DNA of 64,000 bases from Bythopirellula sp. (lineage in GTDB: Bacteria; Planctomycetota; Planctomycetia; Pirellulales; Lacipirellulaceae). The notes under the pieces were generated by a model. The model searched no databases. It worked only from the letters and a program-made list of their open reading frames with translations, and was not told the DNA's origin. Shown in pieces: positions 60,138-64,000 of this stretch. A program made the translations under genes and the position numbers. The DNA lies in NCBI GenBank assembly GCA_965216565.1, contig OZ244170.1, forward strand, positions 672,001 to 736,000, given 5' to 3'. How positions within the stretch are numbered: the stretch's first letter is position 1; each line of letters opens with the position of its first letter.

Positions 60138-61193
60138 TTGGAACTGGCTATCAATAGTATTGTCTCGGCGATCCACCTCATGGCCATGGGCGTTGCGTCC
60201 GCAGGGCCATTAATATGTCTCCTTCTCAGCTGGCGTTCAGGCGAGGCCGATTTGGTCTCCCCCCGCGTGGGCCACCGGCTGGCATGGATTTCTGTGATAG
60301 GCCTCGCACTCGGCGTTGGCACCGGCGCGATTTCTCTGTTTTTGGTCCCTGAGAGATACTGGGACGTGTTGCGACAGATTCCCGAGCGGGCACTCTGGTT
60401 CGCGCTCGCAGAACTATTATTCTCGCTAGTTTGTTTGCTCGTCTATGCCTGTTGTTGGGCCTGCTGTTGGAAAAAAAAGTGGCAAGCTCCTTGGTTCGGA
60501 AACCTCATCGCATTCGCTTCCGCGACAAACCTGCTCTATCATTTCCCGCCACTGATGATCGTCCTAGGTCAACTCGCCTCGGGTTCGGCTCGAACAGATT
60601 CCGAGACACTCGACCGCGCTGCATTATTGGAACTGTTCTATCGTCCCGAAGTGATTGCCCCCTGGCTACACTTTAGCCTGGCGGCGATTGCATTCTCGGG
60701 GGGAGTGGCTTTATGGTTGTTCGAGGGAGCAATGAGTGATACGCAACCAGAGCCGTCCGCCACGAAACACACCCGCTCGGTGGCAGGCATTGTGTTCTTG
60801 GTGAGCCTGTTGCAACTACCAACGGGGCTGTGGTTGCTAACAACCATTCCCAATCATTCGCGTTCGGCGATTATGGGTAGCGCCCCTCTGGCCGGCCTGG
60901 TGTTTCTAGGCGCCATGATGGTTATGTTTATGCTATTGGGGCGTCTGTTGAAAATTGCGTTAGGTGAATTCGAAAAAGGAGATCTGAAAATGGCCTTCGT
61001 GATGATCTGTCTTATCGTCTTTTTGATGACAACCTCAACGCGAATCTCGCGAGATCACTCTTCTATTTCGCTCGATTCCTTCGAAGAACCACCGCTCTCC
61101 TCTTCTTTGTCTTCACCCTCTTTTTTGGGCTCTTTCTTTACCTCTTCTAAAGGCCCGCCGGGAAGCTTGTTCGCTTTGATCAAGTCGCCGTAG
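60138..61193 (+). CDS. Multi-pass membrane protein of unknown function
   Basis: About 7-8 hydrophobic segments with intramembrane His residues. Start is uncertain. 3' end overlaps the convergent gene. Confidence 0.7.
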   Translation: MELAINSIVSAIHLMAMGVASAGPLICLLLSWRSGEADLVSPRVGHRLAWISVIGLALGVGTGAISLFLVPERYWDVLRQIPERALWFALAELLFSLVCLLVYACCWACCWKKKWQAPWFGNLIAFASATNLLYHFPPLMIVLGQLASGSARTDSETLDRAALLELFYRPEVIAPWLHFSLAAIAFSGGVALWLFEGAMSDTQPEPSATKHTRSVAGIVFLVSLLQLPTGLWLLTTIPNHSRSAIMGSAPLAGLVFLGAMMVMFMLLGRLLKIALGEFEKGDLKMAFVMICLIVFLMTTSTRISRDHSSISLDSFEEPPLSSSLSSPSFLGSFFTSSKGPPGSLFALIKSP

Positions 61194-61534
61194 GTGGGGC
61201 TCTTCTTGTCTTTTGGGTCAGTGTGGATTTTCTCCACCTTCTTTAGTGCAGCAATGATCTTCTCTTTGTCTTTCTTGTCTTTCTTCTTGTCGAGCAGCTT
61301 CTCTAGTTCTTTTCCATAAGGGTTTTGGTTTTTTCGCTTCTTGCCTTGATGACAGACGTAGCAGCCTGTCTTATTGCTCTTGATTAGCTTGGCGAACTCT
61401 TTGTCCGTCTCGTCGTTTATGTAGAGCTTCTCGAATTCCTTCTTGAATCCGATAATCGCCTGGGCCTCCTGAGGAATACTGCAGAGTGCCCAACTTCCGC
61501 ATAGGCAGGTAATAATCAGTCGTCGCATCATCAA
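61055..61534 (-). CDS. Exported Lys-rich monoheme cytochrome c-like protein
   Basis: Signal peptide ending AQA, single 'CYVCH' heme motif, 'NPYG'. Confidence 0.8.
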   Translation of the reverse strand: MMMRRLIITCLCGSWALCSIPQEAQAIIGFKKEFEKLYINDETDKEFAKLIKSNKTGCYVCHQGKKRKNQNPYGKELEKLLDKKKDKKDKEKIIAALKKVEKIHTDPKDKKSPTYGDLIKANKLPGGPLEEVKKEPKKEGEDKEEESGGSSKESSEIEE

Positions 61535-61597
61535 AGTCTCTCCTCATTATTTCTTCAATAGACTCGGCATTAATACTAAACCTAAGGAACCGGATAT

Positions 61598-62845
61598 CTA
61601 CATGTGTTTTACAATGGCCTGACCAAACTCGCTGCACTTTAGCAGTGTGGCTCCGTCCATCAATCGCTCAAAGTCGTAAGTAACGGTCTTCGCAGAAATG
61701 GCCCCGTTGATACCTTTGATAATCAGGTCTGCCGCCTCAGTCCAACCAAGATGCCTCAACATCATTTCTCCTGAGAGTATCACTGAACCGGGATTCACCT
61801 TGTCTTGATCGGCATACTTGGGTGCCGTACCGTGCGTGGCCTCAAAAATCGCGTGCCCCGTGTGGTAGTTGATGTTTCCACCCGGCGCGATCCCAATACC
61901 ACCTACGCAGGCGGCCAATGCATCGCTGATGTAATCGCCATTGAGATTCAGCGTGGCGATGACGTCGTACTCTGCCGGTCGCGTGAGGATTTGTTGCAGC
62001 ATCGCGTCGGCAATCACATCCTTGATAATAATGCCGGCACCCGGTTTGCCCTCGGGTATTTGACACCAGGGGCCACCGTCGAGTTCCGCTGCACCGAATT
62101 TTTCTTTGGCACAGTCATAACCCCAATCGCGGAAGCCACCCTCGGTGAACTTCATGATGTTGCCCTTATGCACAAGCGTCACGCTCTCGCGCTTGTTGTC
62201 GATGGCATACTGAATAGCAGCTTCGACCAGTCTTGAGGTGCCCTCTTGGCTAACTGGCTTGATGCCAATGCCGACCGAGTCGGGGAATCGCACTTTCTTC
62301 CACATCTCGGGAAACGTCTTACTGAATCCCTCTTTGAATTTGTTGCAATCCTCAGAACCTGCTTCAAATTCGATTCCCGCATAGATGTCCTCGGAGTTCT
62401 CTCGGAAGATCACCATATCGGTGAGTTCTGGTTGCCTGACGGGCGAAGGGACTCCCTCGAAGTATTGAACAGGCCTCAGGCAAACATAGAGGTCCAGGAT
62501 CTGACGCAAAGCGACATTCAAAGAGCGGATGCCACCTCCTACGGGAGTAGTCAATGGGCCTTTGATTCCGACCAGATAGGTCCGGAAGGCATCGAGAGTT
62601 TCATCCGGCAACCAACTGCCCACGGAATCGAAAGACTTTTGGCCAGCCAAGACTTCCTGCCAGGCGATGCTCCGCTCTCCTCCGTATGCCTTCTCGACCG
62701 CTGCGTCGAACACCAATTGGCTGGCCTTCCAAATGTCGGGGCCCGTTCCGTCGCCCTCAATGAAGGGGATAATAGGATGGTTCGGTACTTGCAGGCTGTC
62801 TCCAGAAAGCGTGATCGGCTGGCCGGCGGTTGTCTCTGTGGTCAT
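61598..62845 (-). CDS. icd: NADP-dependent isocitrate dehydrogenase
   Basis: '[12 protein letters not shown]', '[21 protein letters not shown]', '[12 protein letters not shown]', '[10 protein letters not shown]', '[10 protein letters not shown]'. Confidence 0.97.
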   Translation of the reverse strand: MTTETTAGQPITLSGDSLQVPNHPIIPFIEGDGTGPDIWKASQLVFDAAVEKAYGGERSIAWQEVLAGQKSFDSVGSWLPDETLDAFRTYLVGIKGPLTTPVGGGIRSLNVALRQILDLYVCLRPVQYFEGVPSPVRQPELTDMVIFRENSEDIYAGIEFEAGSEDCNKFKEGFSKTFPEMWKKVRFPDSVGIGIKPVSQEGTSRLVEAAIQYAIDNKRESVTLVHKGNIMKFTEGGFRDWGYDCAKEKFGAAELDGGPWCQIPEGKPGAGIIIKDVIADAMLQQILTRPAEYDVIATLNLNGDYISDALAACVGGIGIAPGGNINYHTGHAIFEATHGTAPKYADQDKVNPGSVILSGEMMLRHLGWTEAADLIIKGINGAISAKTVTYDFERLMDGATLLKCSEFGQAIVKHM

Positions 62846-63057
62846 CTATTTGCTCCCAAGGTCTCTAGTTCTGAACTGAGTCAGTTAAGTTGTGTGGAAT
62901 AGTGCAACGGAAATTGCCCCCCAATTTTCGACGTTCGCTTGCCCGATGGTCAATGGTCCAGGAGTGGTTGTTACCAGATTCGAGCACATTTATACTCATA
63001 ATCGAAAGCCACAGAGCATTTTGAACCTCAATTCCTACGATCAGCAGGGGCCCAAGC

Positions 63058-64000
63058 ATGTCGATATCCATTTCCCGCCGCGAAGTTCTCAACAATCTGG
63101 CCGCAGCTGGAGCTAGTATCGCTTGCGGCGGGCCACTCGTATCCAAGGTGGTAGCTGAAGTGTCTAAATCCAAATCTGAACTGTTTAAGATCTCTGTCGC
63201 CGAATATTCCCTGCACCGCATGATCGCCGCCGGAGAATTGGATCCTCTCGATTACGGGCCATTCTGCAAGGAAAAGTTTGGCGTTGACGCGGTGGAGTAT
63301 TGGATGGGGCCCTTCAAGGACAAGGCCGAAGACCGCGAGTATATGGACCTGATGCACCAGAAGAGCGTCGACGCGGGAGTCGAGGAGCTGCTAATCATGG
63401 TCGATATCCCCGACAATAAAGGAAATCTAGGGAATCCAGACGAAAAGCAGCGCCGCGAAGCGGTCGAGGTCCATTTTCCCTGGGTCGAAGCGGCCAAGCG
63501 AATGGGTTGCCATTCGATTCGGGTCAATGCACGGTCGGAAGGTTCTCGGGAAGAACAAGCGAAGCTGGCTGCGGACGGTTTAAGGTCGCTCAGCGAATTC
63601 GCCGCCGATCGGGATATCAACATCATTGTGGAAAACCACGGCGGGTTGTCCTCGGACGGATCATGGCTGGCGGGCGTGATGAAGCGGGTCGATTTGCCAA
63701 ATTGCGGGACTTTGCCCGATTTCGGTAATTTCCGAGTCGAAGGCGACAACTGGTACGACCGCTACCAGGGCGTCAAGGAGCTGATGCCCTATGCCAAGGC
63801 CGTGAGCGCCAAGAGCCACAAATTCGATAAGGAAGGCAACGAGGTGGATACGGACTACCAAAAGATGATGAAAATCGTCCTCGATGCTGGCTATCACGGC
63901 TACGTAGGCATCGAATGGGAAGGCCCCGAGCCGAAGTCGGAAATCGAGGGCGTGCTCTTGACCAAGCAACTCTTGGAACGGGTCCGCGACCAGCTGGCAA
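63058..64000 (+). CDS. Tat-exported sugar-phosphate isomerase/epimerase (xylose-isomerase-like TIM barrel), 3' end outside window
   Basis: Not in the ORF track because it has no stop in the window. Hand translation: MSISISRREVL..., 'FKISVAEYSLHR', 'VENHGGLSS', 'GTLPDFGNF', 'GIEWEG'. Confidence 0.88.
   Translation, partial: MSISISRREVLNNLAAAGASIACGGPLVSKVVAEVSKSKSELFKISVAEYSLHRMIAAGELDPLDYGPFCKEKFGVDAVEYWMGPFKDKAEDREYMDLMHQKSVDAGVEELLIMVDIPDNKGNLGNPDEKQRREAVEVHFPWVEAAKRMGCHSIRVNARSEGSREEQAKLAADGLRSLSEFAADRDINIIVENHGGLSSDGSWLAGVMKRVDLPNCGTLPDFGNFRVEGDNWYDRYQGVKELMPYAKAVSAKSHKFDKEGNEVDTDYQKMMKIVLDAGYHGYVGIEWEGPEPKSEIEGVLLTKQLLERVRDQLA

Noticed and set aside
62865..64000. Several short minus-strand ORFs in the track
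   Set aside because: They are shadows of the real plus-strand TIM-barrel gene starting at 63058.

Overview
This window looks like a planctomycete chromosome segment (Pirellulales, probably Lacipirellulaceae). The taxonomic call is inferred from DUF1559 prepilin-like genes, 'GDFDxxGxVDGLDFLxWQ' dockerin-like plus PEP-CTERM tails, and a MoxR/DUF58/vWA operon. Layout, left to right: (1) 1-8.6 kb, an NHL-vWA-MoxR-DUF58-BatA/vWA-methyltransferase operon, including an uncalled 57-aa membrane ORF. (2) A divergent HxlR regulator and QueG/RdhA-like Fe-S + SCP2 enzyme with twin palindromic operators, then a Gfo/Idh/MocA oxidoreductase. (3) 11.7-17.6 kb, a complete selenocysteine kit: selA, selB, an oxidoreductase-fused selD and selC tRNA-Sec. 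No selenoprotein gene is visible. (4) 17.8-59.6 kb, a ~42 kb sulfated-galactan (most likely carrageenan) utilisation island between the 3' ends of tRNA-Sec and tRNA-Val. Its left arm is 17 co-oriented catabolic genes: a putative 3,6-anhydro-D-galactose pathway, four sulfatases, two GH16, GH127, two FG-GAP/ASPIC-UnbV proteins, an exported flavoprotein, dgoD and a DgoT-like transporter. A GntR regulator with three CYGGTATACYRG-type operators sits in the middle. The right arm is six PEP-CTERM surface proteins bracketed by two DUF1559 genes, four of which share an unrecognised ~190-200 aa module. (5) Housekeeping flank: a membrane protein, a monoheme cytochrome c, icd and a Tat-exported TIM-barrel protein. 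The most promising novel system is the modular PEP-CTERM surface array with its candidate new glycan-binding domain, in a locus without SusC/D or a TonB receptor. All family assignments come from motif recognition, not database searches.
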